Assembly (NCBI GenBank): GCA_964016885.1
Contig: OZ024742.1
Span: forward strand, 240,250,001 to 240,314,000
From: Eledone cirrhosa
Taxonomy: Eukaryota
Length of the DNA stretch: 64,000 bases
Reading direction: 5' to 3'
The notes beneath the pieces were generated by a model. That model saw only the letters and a program-made list of their open reading frames with translations. It ran no database searches and was not told where the DNA came from. Position numbers and translations under genes: made by a program. Within the stretch, counting starts at the first letter, position 1, and each line of letters opens with the position of its first letter. Below are positions 28,858-42,563 of this stretch, one piece after another.

Positions 28858-31800
28858 AATGTGATGCTTTGCAGTGTCTCTTTCAGGACTTTCCATTCTG
28901 AGTATATCTGCAATGTCATTGGTGCCAAGCTTTATTGGCTGTTACCATTTTCTTGGAGAACATCAGTGATATAGAGAAAAGTTAGTTGCATGCATGGGTG
29001 ACTGCTGGTCTTCCATTTAAAAAAACATTTTGCCCAGACCTGTGTCATCAAGAGAAAGAATTTGGGTGTAACTCCAGAGAGTTGCAAAACACACGAAGGA
29101 AATGATTGCTTGAAAAAAAAGATTAAATTATCAAAGTTGGAATGCCTTTGTTCTTTTGACCATGGGTTTGCCAACCTGGGTCTAAACAAAACAAATGCCA
29201 CTTTCACTGAACATCAGCTCTAAAAGAGTTTTCTTCAAGTACTTATCTTTTTCTTTGCCTACTTATTCCTGGGAGGGGGTCAAACACTCTTTCCAGTAGA
29301 TCCTGTCAGAAGCAACCATCTCCTGTTGGCTGGTTTTGCCTGTAAAATCTATCCAGCAATTCTTTCCTGAGATGTTCTGACCACATGTCCATAGTATCAG
29401 AGCTGTGACCTCTCAATTTGGAGAAGTAGCAGCTTTATATATATAAATAAATGTATTTATATATATTATGTCCCTTTTGATCCAAGATTGAAAATGGACT
29501 ATAGCCGAAAGAGTATGTTCAATCAAGCAGATTGATTTTAGTGAAAATTCACTGATGGTGGTGTGACTATGGAGTATTTGTATATGACTCATATGCTATT
29601 GACAATGGTGTGAAGGAATGTAGTCTAGTGGTTAGGGTATTGAACTTATGATCATAAGGTCATGGGTTCAGTTTCTGGACTGGTCGGCACATTGTGTCCT
29701 TGAGCATGATGCTTCTTTTCACATTGCTGTGGGGGTAAACATACTGGTATCTAGTTTAAAGGGGAGCTTTTCCATGATAGGACGGTTTTTTTATGTGCTA
29801 AAGGTTATCACACAAGGCTTAAAAGCCACTCAAGATTATGGGTTACAAGACAGGATGAACATAGAGAAAAGGATGATGAAGAGAAATGGAAGGGTGATTG
29901 CTATTAGCGTGAAAATGACAAATGAACTGGGAGTTTGGACGAAATTATTGACCCTTTCAGGTCAATGTTGTAGCTGCGAGGAAAACAATCCCTAGGCAGT
30001 TTGTTCCATAGAGATGCAGTTCTAGGAATGAAACTTTGTCTGAAGTTAGGAATATAAAAAAGTATGGATGGTTTGCCTCAATGGACTCAAAGAAAAAAAA
30101 CACCCAAAAAACATTTTTATGATATGCAACCTTATGTGAGGCCAGCTAAACTTGCATAAGGGTGAGCTATAAATTTTATTTTTCATTTCATTCTATCCTC
30201 AAAGCCAAGATTCCCCTGGTAACTTATAATTTTTAATAGATCTACAAAAACTAGATTTAGTGTTTCTAAACTGATTTGAATTTTATCGAGTCTACACTAA
30301 AGTGGTCGTGTAGGTGTCATGACAAGAATCACCCAATCCACGTTGTAAAGTGGTTGTGTAGGAGACATGGTAAAAAGGCTCCCAGTCCACACTGTAAATG
30401 TGGTTGGTGTTAGGAAGAGCATCCAACCATAGAAAACCTGCCAGATACAGTCCCATACAAGCAAGACACGGTCACCCGACCAATCTTGCCTCAAGTGGGA
30501 CAATTCCCATCTAACCCATGCTAGCATGGAAGATAGATGTTAAACGATGATGATGATGATGAGTTCTGAGAAACAATAGTAATAGTAGTAAAATGGATTA
30601 TTAATTTTTGATGGAGTCATAGAGGTGCTGTCATGACACATGGTGAGCCTTGAACATTCAAACCTGGTGGAACCAATCTATCTCCAGGTCTGGATGCAGC
30701 TGATTTCTTCCAGAGAAAAAGAGAGGTGGCAGAATATAAAGAAAAAGAAATAGAGGAAGAATTGAACTCAGTAATGCACTGGCACTTTATCGACCTCAAA
30801 AGAATGAGAAACAAAGCTGAATTTGGTGGGATTTGAACTCAGAGTGCGGAGAGCTAGAACAAATATCTGATGTTCTACTGACTTTGCTGATTTGCTACCT
30901 TTAATAGTAGCAGTAGTAGTAGAGATTAAAGAAACTTTATAGGAATGTAATTATGTGCAAGTTATTTGGTTGAAGGGTTTCCAAAATATTTTTGTTAAGA
31001 AAACAAGTCCCTCTGCTTTGTGTACACTATTTGAACCTCTTAACATTTTCATGGCCATATTTCTAATGAAATACTCTTTCTTTTGATTAATTAATGAAGA
31101 ATTTTGAGGGATTTACTAAAATTATTATTCCATTACTAGGATACAAATGAAGTTACTATATTTCTAAAAACAACATGTTTTAATTATAAAAATAATCAAC
31201 AACAATGAGAGATTTAGTGAAATAACAAACTTTCAACTTTATAACAAAAAACATTTTACTTAAATCTAATATTATCTAGTGTGTCATAATGAGATTTCAG
31301 TTAATTTAATAAACACTTTAATGAAGGTAAATTATAGGGAAGTTGGTATTTAAAGGGTTAATATACTGTTTTTATATAAAATTATGATGGAAGATTTTAA
31401 TTTAAATCAGAACTTTTTAAAGTGGATGGTTTTGTATCATAGAACCAGAAATGATTTAAAACAAGTTGATGTTAAAAGGTTTGAAATCTACCTTATATGT
31501 TTGAATATATGCTGACCCCGTATTTTATGTCTGAGAAACAGGCAAAAATCCAAACCCCATTTATAAGCCTATGCAGTTAATCAACATATTATGTTTTCAA
31601 CATATGTTTAAATGGTGTGGTTTTGAAATTCTCATGAGTGGAGAGTATATTTATAGAGTTTTAATATTTTGATATTTAAAATGCTTAAAGTGTTGTTTAG
31701 AGTATAGTTTTTTTTTCACAACTCCATTATGTAATGATTTTTTTACCAATTTCCAATCGTTTTGAAGGCCATATTCATTCAAAACATAAAAAACAATAGA

Positions 31801-32890
31801 AAACATGAATTTCACAACAAAAGTGAAACCGGTGTCATATTCACCTCTATAGTGAAAATATTTTAGCGCCTCATTTACACAAAATTTTGAAGTTGGTAAA
31901 AATCAGCAAAATATTCATATTTTTTTTTGTCATGTTTCTCAGCTTATATATGAGTATATACAGTAAGTTACATAATGAAGTAATCTTAGTCAAAATACCA
32001 GGGTTTCTTTTAAGAACATTTTCGAACTGTACAAATGAGGCAGGTGCCATGATACAGTGTATGATATTCTCTCTGAGTTTGAGAAGTATGTATAATGGCT
32101 ATTTTTTACATTTTATGTAAGCATATGTAGTATAGATCACAAAATGTAAGCTAACTGCTCAAAATTAGATTTAGAATTGCACAAGGAAGGATCAAACTGA
32201 ATGTTAAAATAATCATTGCAAAATACTATTTGTCTATGAAATGAAAACGTAGACTTTTTTCAGATTTCTGGCAGAATGTTTTCCCCTGTTTCTTGTTGTT
32301 TAGCTCGAAGTCACCTGTAATCAAGCACATCTATAACCAAAAGTTGAAGCCAAGCTGTGCCACTGCATTTTTTAGAGTTATATTATATAATGTGGTTTTT
32401 CCTTATTCACGATGATATATGACTTGAGGGAAATTTGGCTGCTATTTCTAGCATGTGGAGTAAACACTTAGAGGCTATTTGGTAGCATGTCATTCTCTTC
32501 TGATTTTGATTGGATAGTATTTGTAAATGTGGTTGGTGTTACGAAGGGCATCCAGCTGTAAAATACCCAGCCAAATTTACTGTCCTCGCCGGAGCAAGAT
32601 GCCATATGGCCAACTCTGGCCAGACTTGCCTCCCAGCATGAATGACCTGTCTAACCCATGCAAGCATAGAATCATGGACGCTAAACAGTGATGATGATGA
32701 TGAGCAAGAGGCCCAGCAAGCTCATACTACTTGCTGAGCTGGCATTGGGAATTACAACCATTAAAGGATTGAAAAAAGAAAATGCCATTGCCTTTTACAC
32801 CTTGAGTTCAAATCCAACCAAGGTCAACTTTGTCTTTCATCTAAATTGCTGGCCTTGTGCCTAAATTAGAGCCATTATATTAATCCTTAC

Positions 32891-33169
32891 GGGCGGTGGA
32901 TTGGCAGTATCGGTAGAGGGTTGGACGCTATGCTTTCCAGCATAGTTACGTCCCTTTACGGTCTGAGTTCAAATCCCGCCGAGGTTGACTTTGCCTTTCA
33001 TCCTTACGGGGTCGATAAAATAAAGTACCAGTAATGCACTGGGTAATTGCTGGCCTTGTGCCTAAAGTAGAAACAATTATATTAATCCTTACGGGGTCGA
33101 TAAAATAAAGTACCAGTAATACACTGGGTAATTGCTGGCCTTGTGCCTAACGTAGAAACAATTATATTA
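32891..33169 (+). mobile_element. tRNA-derived SINE with a duplicated 3' part
   Basis: A-box-like tggcagtatcggt, B-box-like gagttcaaatccc, ctttcatcc..ggggtcgataaaataaagtaccagt, (ATT)n tail; relatives at ~20160, 25140, 28370, 30770(-), 51830(-), 53995, 55765, 58160, 62995. Confidence 0.8.
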
Positions 33170-33445
33170 TGCAAGAAAAATCCTGCTTCTAAAATACATC
33201 AATATCATCATCATACCTGTTTTTGCATGGGTTGCATGCAATTCTCTTCCAGCAGATTTTTTTTCCTGTGACCTGATTCAATCCCTACCTTATTCAGTGC
33301 TGGACTTACCTATGAGTTAAATAAATTATAGTTTAGGGCCACACACTCTTGGGGGTCTCATTTTTAAAAATATATTTTTATGTTATCATTAGTTTTTATT
33401 CTTCAACACTAAATCATCAAAAAAAATATAATATATATATATATA

Positions 33446-34122
33446 TTGGGCATAAGATGGATCAGATGCAGTATGCAAGAGAGAAAACTGCATTGGTATG
33501 GCCATGTGATGCGTATGCAGGATGACAGCTGTATAAAAAGGTGCAGGGTGATCAAAGTTGATGAAAGCAATGGAGCAGGAAGACCTGTGATATGGTGATA
33601 AAAGCTGACCTTGCACAATTGCACCTCTCAGAGGCGATGACACAGGATCGAGATCTTTGGCATTATGCAGTAATACAGAAGACTCACCATCCGATGTGCA
33701 CAGGTTGAAGCATAGATCTAGTATGCACCACTTAACCCCTATCCTACCTCCCACTTCCATACACTTCACATGCCCTAACACTCCACCCTTCTCCCACACC
33801 TTCATACCCCTGTCCCAGTCCACACTGTAATGTGGTTGTTTTGGTGCCATGACAAAAGGTGCCCAGCTCACATTGTAGAGTGGTCATGTTGGTATCACGT
33901 CAAAAAGCACACAGCCCACATTATAAAGTGGTCTTGTAGGTGTCAGGACAAAAAGCACCCAGCACATACTGTAAATGAGGTTGGCATTAGGAAGGGCATC
34001 CGGCTGTAGAAACCAACCAGAAACCATTCTGTATGAGCAAGACACGGTCACCTGACCCAACTTGCCTCAAATGAGACAACCGTCTAACCCATGCTAGTGT
34101 GGAAAATAGACGTTAAACGACA
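33446..34122 (+). mobile_element. Decayed RTE 3' fragment
   Basis: QERKLHWYGHVMRMQDDSCIKRC; RTE 3' UTR with the ggaagggcatcc motif. Confidence 0.85.
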
Positions 34123-34192
34123 TATATAAAGTTAAAAACAAAAACAATAACGAAGAGTGCAGTACAAACTGTTGGTATTAGGTTCACATTTG

Positions 34193-34224
<32 letters not shown>

Positions 34225-34295
34225 TCGGGAACAATTTTGAATAGCGCCAGTTCGTAATTCAAACTCGGGAATTTTATATTCTCCGAGTAAAAAGA

Positions 34296-34381
34296 ACCTT
34301 CTGACGAGAGTTTTTCTTTTCAATGGAGGCCCGCAAGGACTATCTATTTATTTTTGAGACTCGAAACCGTTCGGTAAAGGT
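34296..34381 (+). ncRNA. Type I hammerhead ribozyme with an enlarged stem II, in a ~230 bp (TA)n-flanked element (34223-34452)
   Basis: ACCTT-CTGACGA-GAGT[~47 nt]ACTC-GAAA-CC gttc GG-TA-AAGGT; all three stems pair; GUA triplet; upstream hairpin actcgg..ccgagt at 34263-34288. Confidence 0.82.
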
Positions 34382-34474
34382 AACCATAGCAGGTACAGTG
34401 AATTTTTTTAAATTTATTTAAAAACTTTTTCTTATTTGCTAAACCTTTATTATATATATATATATATATATATA

Positions 34475-34815
34475 TCATCATCATCATTTCATTTTACGTC
34501 CACTTTTCCCTGCTTGCAAGGGTGGGACGGGAACTGATTCTGGCTTGATTTCTACAGCTGGATGCCCTTCCTAACACCAACCTCATTTACAGTGAGTGTT
34601 GGGTGCTTTTTTGCCGTGGCACCTCCACGACCACTTTGTAGTGGAAGGATATGGACCCCAGTCCCTATCATCTCATTTCTACAGCTGAGTAAACTGGAGC
34701 AATGTGAAATAAAGTGTCTTGCTCAAGGAAACAACACATCACCCGGTCTGAGAATTGAACTCACAACCTTTCGATTGCAAGGCCAATGCTCTAACCACTA
34801 AGCCATGTGCCTCCA
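34475..34815 (-). mobile_element. tRNA-head SINE with an RTE-derived 3' tail
   Basis: Reverse complement of 54603-54990. Confidence 0.8.
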
Positions 34816-34825
34816 TATATATAAT

Positions 34826-34874
34826 AAACTTTAAAAGAATATTTCCAGCCTAGCCTTCTGTTGTTTTTAAATGA

Positions 34875-34952
<78 letters not shown>

Positions 34953-34999
34953 ATTTAAAAACAACAGAAGGCTAGACTGGAAATATTCTTTTAAAGTTT
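34826..34999. repeat. 50-bp inverted repeat enclosing a pure (TA)n
   Basis: 34826-34875 vs 34950-34999, one mismatch. Confidence 0.85.
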
Positions 35000-36383
35000 T
35001 GATGTTGCAAAAAGACTATATGTATTTCAATGGCCAAGTTACATCATCCGATCATGACATATGACTTTGGTGATGTCATCTTGCAAAATTAGTTAATAAT
35101 AGGACTATAGCAAACACAAACAGAGAAGAAAGAATAGATTTGATTTGGAGATAGTCTGCCAATTTGGTGTTATTGTTGTGGCAAACCATCTCTGGATATA
35201 TATATTTATTCTTTATCATTAACATTAATGTAAAAATTAATAGTTATATTTTGTTTAGAGCAAGGCATCAGCAGGTGAAAGTCTAGACCTGACCTTATTC
35301 TATGTTTGGTATCTTTCACTGGCACTTGTTGGATTGTTATGCTGTAGGACATATTGTGAACAACTGGTATTGTCATGGCATTTTGTGACAACTAGCATGC
35401 ATGCATACACACGCACACACGCACACACGTATATATACACACACCTTTATAATGATCTTTTAAACAGTTTCCATCTACCAAATTCACTCACAAGTAGGGT
35501 TGGACTTTCACCTGCTGAAATTTGAGTCCCTTCTCTAAAAAAATTATTATTTTTATATTAATGTTAATGATAAAGAATAAATAAATAATATATATATAAT
35601 TTTTGATAATTTTAGTGTTAAAGAATAAAAACTAATGATAAATGAAAATATATTTTTAAAAAGGCCTCCGAGTGTGTGAGGCCCTAATCTTTGGCTTATT
35701 TAGATTATAGGTAAGTCCAGCACTGCTCACAAGGCATTGGTTGGCTTGAGGTTGTAGGTGAAGATACTTGCCTAAAGTGCCACACATTGGGATAGAGCCC
35801 AAAACTGCATGGCTGTAGAGCAAACTTCTTAACTGCACAGCCATGCTTGTGCCTCCAAGTTATGCCTGTCCCTGTTTACATATCAAAATATACATTAACA
35901 AAAAGTCATTCTGCAATAATAAAGATTCAGACCCCCCCCCCTCCAATCATAATTAATAATTATTGTGTCAACATAATTCAGATATTCATTTAGAGGTCTT
36001 TGCTTCTCATTAGTTTACATGGGGTAAATTTTTCCAAATGATTTTGTGTTACAGTGCATGTAAAAGAAAATCATTCTTTATTGATATAATTATAATTAGT
36101 TCTCTGACAGTGCGACTACTAATTACAATAATGATAATACATTAATTATTCATTATGCAGCATCATAATTATTAAAATAAGGTGTCATGATTAGCATCTA
36201 GCTATAAACCATTGCCTGCATGGAAAAATGGACGTAAAAGGAATAAAATTGAATGAATGAGTCTGTTTAATAGTGTGATAACTAGTTAAGTAAGTAGTAC
36301 ATAATTAGTTATATGTGACTAGTACATAACCTATTGTTTTATGGATGAAATAAGTAATATTTCATTTTTTCACCAAACTTTAA

Positions 36384-36595
36384 CCCTTTAGCATTTAAAC
36401 CGGCTGTATCTAGCCAGAATTCTTTAATTCTTTCACCTCTTTCTGTTCAAATCAGCTGTAACCGGCTGCTCATACTGACTTTAAGTTATTGTTCTCAAAA
36501 TATCATAAACATCTTTTAGCTTTGATACTATGAGTAAAGAAGCCTTTACTGTGAAAATACAATTGTAAATATAAAGTAACGTAAATAGTGAAGGG
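36384..36595 (+). mobile_element. piggyBac-type MITE
   Basis: TTAA-CCCTTTAGCATTTA ... aagGG-TTAA. Confidence 0.75.
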
Positions 36596-37557
36596 TTAAC
36601 AAAGCTGTGTTTGTGGATCTCTCTTTCTCTATCTATCTATCTCACACACACATAGACAAACACACACACCTGTGTGTGTTTGTCTATATTTATACTTATA
36701 ATGCATGCTTAACAACCAGTACTGTTTGTGCATGCCCTGTAACTGTCATGAACCTTATATATGTGTGTGTGTGCCTATATCATCATTGTTTAATATCCAC
36801 TTTCCCTGCTAGTGATGAGTGTTGGACAAGTGGTCACAGAACTATTCAGTACTCAAGTGAAACTACTGACTTCCAGATAGACTGGGGTCCTACATCTTAC
36901 TTACATACATTCCCATGCTCTACTAAGTGCTCCAATGGCCTGGGGAACTACATCTCACATATGTTCCCATGCTCAACCAAGTGCATTTCATCATTGTACC
37001 AGCACTAAGGAGGTTTTTATGTCTTTGATACAGCTAAAGAGTCTTCCTGTCTCTTTATTTGGCAGGTTTCCTACAGCTGGATTCCCTTGCTACCACCAAC
37101 CACTTTACTGAGTGTGCTGGGTACATGTATCATGTATTGTAGACTACCAACATTAGATAGGTTGTTGTTCTCTTAACACAACTTCAGAGTCCTCTTTACT
37201 CTTTTTTGGCATGTATTCTAAAACTAGATGCTCTTCTAACCACCAACCACTTTACAGAGAGTACAGGTGTATTTTTCATGGCACCAGCACTAGTGAGGTT
37301 GTTGTGTCATGACTAAAGTGTCTTCTCAACCCTTTTTGCATGGTTTCTATGGCTGGAAGCCCTTCCTAATACCAACCATTTTATCTCTTGGTTGATAATA
37401 AATACACTATCTCTTTATGTTTTATCTTCTGCTTCGTCTTTCCTTTTCTTTTACATATTATGAAACATGAATGTCTGAAATTATTGCAATCTAATTGAAG
37501 GTATTTTTTTGTATTTTTCAGGAACTTTATATAATGTTTAACTAATTTAACCTGAAG

Positions 37558-37647
37558 ATGCCTGGACGATTGAAAGTTAAAGTTGTGGCAGCCAGGGATT
37601 TGCCTATCATGGACCGGGCTAGTGATCTTACAGATGCCTTTGTGGAG
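37558..37647 (+). CDS. C2CD5: C2 domain-containing protein 5, coding exon 1 (acceptor before 37522, short 5' UTR)
   Basis: MPGRLKVKVVAARDLPIMDRASDLTDAFVE matches the conserved C2CD5/KIAA0528 N-terminus as I recall it; donor GTTAGT. Confidence 0.93.
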
Positions 37648-39223
37648 GTTAGTATTTACACATGGATCTATACTTGATCTAGATTTATCATCATCATATT
37701 TTTTGTGTCCACTTTGATGCTTGCATCTACTGAACATCCTTCCTCCAGCTGTTGTGTTCCTTCAATCATCTCCTCTGTGAGGTTCAGCATTTTAATGTTT
37801 GCTTCTGCCCAGGTTTTTTCATGATCTACCATTTCCTTCCATTTGGAACTCCTGATATTTCTTCACCCAATGACCCTCACCCCATGACCTGTGCTGTTTT
37901 CTCTCTTACACTCTATAACAGATTCCTTTAATACCCTGTTTTTCCTTCAACTCATTTGTACTTCATCATTCATGCATTCTAACATTGCAAATAATTCTTT
38001 TTACATTTTTGTGCATTTTTCTGTATTTACTGGCCACTTGCTCTGCAGGAAACCCTTCATTTTATTTCAGTTAATTTATGAAAAATGTTTTTGTAGAAGC
38101 TGGGATCAAAAAAATCTTTATAGAAAAATATTTATGTGCAAGTTTTGAGGTTGAAGGCTTTCCAAGACAAACTGCTATATTTTACTCAAAATATTTTTGT
38201 CAAGAAAACAAGTCCCTCTGCTTTGTGTACAATATATGAACCTCTTAACACTTTCATGACCGTATTTCTAATGAAATGCTCTCTCTTGATTAATTAAGAG
38301 TTTTGAGGGATTTACTAAAATTATTTCATTACTAAAATAGTAACTTAACATATGGTTCTAATATAAATTATGTTGGGAGATTTTATTTTAAATAAAAATC
38401 CTTTAAAATGGTGGTTTTGTTTCATAGAACCAGTGCCAGTTCTGGGTGGTTTGGTATCAAAAGGATTAAAATATCCTACTAAGAGACAATCACGTAGTGC
38501 AAGTAGTGGACTGGCATTATGTCTACATTCTTAGTTGTTTAATACTTATGAAACTGGGATGAGCTCATGGTTTTGCTCAACTCATGCAAACATGGAAAAA
38601 CAGACAAAATTCTAACTAATGGATGCCAGATATATAATGAGGGACAATAAAATTGACTCCTCACCTTCCAAACAAAAACAAAAAGAGGGAGGGACATTGA
38701 ATAAGGCAGAGATTCTCTACAGGAGAGCAATTCAAGGTATATTTTCTCTACAGGAGAGCAATTCAAGGTATATTTGCATGAAATTTTAAAATAGCACAAA
38801 TTTTTTTAGGAAGGTGCAATAATATTCTCTAAGTCTAAGAAGCATTTGTAATAGCTATTTCTAAAATTTTTATGAGTGTTTTAAGTCTTTTAACCATAAT
38901 TAACCATGTAAAGGCATGAAGTATTTGACAAATGAAAACTTACTGCACAAAATTAGACTTAGAACTGCACAAAATTAGACATAGTACTGCACAAAATTAT
39001 GCATAGAACTGTACAAAATTACACCTAGAATTGCAGAAAATTTGACTGTGACTCGAACAAACCGGAGTTAACTGCACATTGAAATACTGACTCAACTACT
39101 TGCAGTAGGATTTGAACCAGTAGTTATTTTAAATATTTTAGAAATGTCTGTATAATTTTTGGTTTTTATTGTTATAGCATTTCCATATTCTTTCTTCTTA
39201 AATCTGATTTCTGACATTTTCAG

Positions 39224-39310
39224 GTTCGTTTTGGAAATGACATCTTTAAAACTGATGTCTATCGAAAATCTTTAAATCCTCATTGGAATTCTGACTGGTT
39301 TAAATTTGAG
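39224..39310 (+). CDS. C2CD5: C2CD5 coding exon 2
   Basis: ttttcag|VRFGNDIFKTDVYRKSLNPHWNSDWFKFE|gtaaac; phase 0-0. Confidence 0.93.
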
Positions 39311-39672
39311 GTAAACTTTTTGTTTTGCATTCATAAGAAATTTTCTTATACTTATTCACTTTTTTCTGGATTGATTTCTTTTTTTCACCCTTTCATTACT
39401 ATATTTCTAATGAAATACACTGCTAATGATTTTCAAATAATTTTGAAAACAATCATAAATTTGTATGAATTAAATAATATACCAACTGTCTCTTTATTAG
39501 GTTGCTGTTTAGAAGTTAACTTAAAGGGTTCTTTCATAAAGTTTTGATGGAAGGTTTTTAGCTAAATATAAACAGGGACGGGGTTCTTTTTTTTTCTTTT
39601 TTTTTTTGTAGAATCAGGGGTGGTTTCAGGTGATTGGTCATCAAAGTATTTATTAATTTGCAATTATTTAGC

Positions 39673-41603
39673 AATAATAATAATAATAATGAAATTATTG
39701 TGTAAAGTGCTCAGGTGCACTACAACTCGTCAATATAGTACATAGAATAATACACAAATGCCAGGGAAGTACATGTTTGTATGTGTTAGCTGTAGTGTTG
39801 GCGGATCTCGGGAAGCATGGAGGCCTTAAAGGATGCAGCGTCTCGACAGCTAACAACTGATGCAGGTAGTTTGTTCCATGCTTCAGCAACTCTGAGCGTG
39901 AAAAAATGTTTCCGAAAGTCATGGGAACTGTGCTGTTTTCTTACTTTGTGGGCATGTCCACGTGTGTTAGACACATGGAAATCGAAAAGGCACTCAGGGT
40001 TGTTGTTGGCAACATGGTTAACAATTTTGTGGGTGTTTACCAAGTCAGTTGCCAGGCGTCGGAGCTTCAATGAATCCATGCCCAGGGAAGCAAGGCGATC
40101 AGAGTATGGTAGATGCCTGATGGAGGGTATTCGCTTGGTTGCACGTCTCTGAACAGTTTCCAGGCGGTCAATGTCCTGAGCAAGATAGGGGTTCCAGACT
40201 GGTGATGCAAATTCTAAGTGTGGTCGCACCATAGCTGTATACAGCCTTAAATAGATATCTGGAGAGCGGCTGACAAAGGTCTTGCTGAGTGATGCTAAGA
40301 CACCCTCGGCCCTCTTGACAATTTTAGAGACGTGCCTCGTCCAACGCAAATCGCTGCTGACCGTAATGCCCAGGTCACGTTCACAGGAAGACTTCTTGAT
40401 ATTAGTGCTGTGGAGGGAATATGTGGACGCTGGGTTTTTACTCCCAAAATGCATGGTGGTGCACTTGTCCACAGCTAGCTTGAGTTGCCAGTCTGAGATC
40501 CATTGTTGCATTGTGTCCAGGTCAGACTGCAAGCAAGATCTATAGTGTTCAGGATCTGTCCTTTTTATCTCAAGGTACAGCTTGATGTCGTCTGCGTACT
40601 TTAGTACTGTGGCATTCCTTAAGTTGGCATCTATGTCATTAATATATGCCACAAACAAAAGGGGGCCAAGAACAGATCCCTGAGGTACACCAGATGACAT
40701 CTCATATGGTGAGGAATGCTGTCCCAGAACCGTGACTACCTCTCTTCGACTGAGAATGAAGGACTTCAACCAGTTAAAAAGATCATCCTTCACACCCATT
40801 GCAGAGAGTTTTGCCATAAGCCTTTTGTGCGGCACAGAATTGAAGGCCTTCGCAAAGTCAAGGTAAACAACATCCACCCATGAGCCGCCATCAGTGATCC
40901 GGGTGATGTCCTCAAGAAACTCTATAAGTTGATCACAGCAGCTGGAGTTGGGGATAAATCCAAATTGCGAAGGCCGGATAAGACTGTGAGAGCTCCAGAA
41001 GTTCCAAAGTGTTTCTCTGACACAGGATTCCATCAGTTTGGCGATGCAACTAGTAAGACTGACTGGACGATAGTTCACAGGTGATGTGCGGTCACCCTTT
41101 TTGAACAGAGGAATTACACTGGCAGTTTTCCACTGTTCTGGAGTAGCACTGTTGTTCAGACAGAATTGGAAGAAGCGTGATAACTGGCGTAGAAGGAAGT
41201 ACCCACCACGTTTAAGAAGCAGGTACGTAACACCATCAAGACCAGGAGAGGCATGGTTGCGTTTATTTTTTAGGTGACGTCGCAGCATTGCAGGTGTAAA
41301 TTCCATGGTTGTAATAGAGTCCGGTGTCATAGGTGGTGGAGATGGTACACTCTGGTCTTCAATGGTGAAAATGCCTGCATAGCATTCAGCAATGAGCTCT
41401 GCGCATTCCTTGGGGTCGTCAGTAACCTGGCTTGTGTGGGGATTGCGAAGAGGACCAACTGGAGAGTGAGGCCTCTGCTTTGAGTGAACATACTTCCAGA
41501 ACACCTTACTGTCAGGGCTGGTTGCTATGCGCTGCTCAAATTGAAGCACTGCCTTTTTTGTCACCTGTTTGAGGTGGTTGGACGATCTATTTCGCCTCTT
41601 CCT
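39673..41603 (-). mobile_element. 5'-truncated CR1-group LINE (open frame 39786-41564), antisense in C2CD5 intron 2
   Basis: [76 protein letters not shown]; (ATT)n tail. Confidence 0.92.
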
Positions 41604-41889
41604 ATTAATATATCATTGAGTGACCATTCTTAGCTGCTTTACTGTATAGAATAGTAGGTGATAAGAATTTAGTTTTGCCATTACTGTATAGAATGGTGGT
41701 AAGAATTTAGTGCTTTACCAATGAAATGGCATATAATCTCATCATCATCACCATCACTGTTTTACATGTTCCATATTGGCACAGGTTGGAGATGTTGTCA
41801 CATTCAAGCTAGGTAGGTCAGATGACTACATTTTGTTTGTGCATTCCAGTTTGGATTGGTTTCTAGAGCTGAATGCCTTTCTTAGCACC

Positions 41890-42245
41890 ACCCACTTTAC
41901 AGTGTGTACTGGGTACATTTTATTATGACACCAGCACTCACATTATAGAGTGGACTGGGTGCTTTTTATTAACACCAGTACTACCTTATTACAGAATTGA
42001 CTGGGTGTGTTTTATTAGGGTACCAACACTACCACTTTACAGATTGTACTGGGTGCTTTTTATTATGACACCATCACTACCACATTACAGAGTGTACTGA
42101 GTGTGTTATTATAGCACCAGCACTACCAGCTTACAGAGTGGACTGTGTGTGCTTTATTATAGTATCAGCACCAACACTACCACTTTACAGAGTGTACTGG
42201 GTGCATTTTATTATAGCACCAATGCTACCACTTTACAGAGTGGAT
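41890..42245. repeat. Degenerate ~40 bp minisatellite derived from an RTE 3' UTR motif
   Basis: Units of caccagcactaccactttacagagtg(t/g)actgggtgcttttattat; similar arrays at ~25710-25830 and ~27250-27480. Confidence 0.75.
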
Positions 42246-42522
42246 TGGATACAAGAAGGAAATGTCTTGTGCATGCAGTTATGTTAATTCCTCCCTGTTA
42301 AATCTCTGTTGGTTCCAGTGACCTTTCATGAACTAATTATTTTTATCAAAGTTCTAACTGGAGATGTAAAAAAGTAGATAGAGACACCTGCTGAAGTATC
42401 TCTCTTCTATTATTATAGTTATCTGCATTGTGGTGACTATATTTCTGAATTTCAAATTTCCTAATGCTTTGTAAATCAACCAGAGTTTTTATTTTTTTTA
42501 ATTTTATTTTATTTCTTTTTAG

Positions 42523-42563
42523 GTTGAAGATGAAGCACTTCAAGATGAACCTCTTATATTACG
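42523..42563 (+). CDS. C2CD5: C2CD5 coding exon 3
   Basis: tttttag|VEDEALQDEPLIL(R)|gtaaga; phase 0-2. Confidence 0.92.

Larger units (their letters stand above)
33296..35725. mobile_element. Foldback element whose left arm is split by ~1.75 kb of nested insertions
   Basis: 33296-33445 plus 35196-35290 together form the reverse complement of ~35497-35725 (agtgctggacttacctat terminus). Confidence 0.65.
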
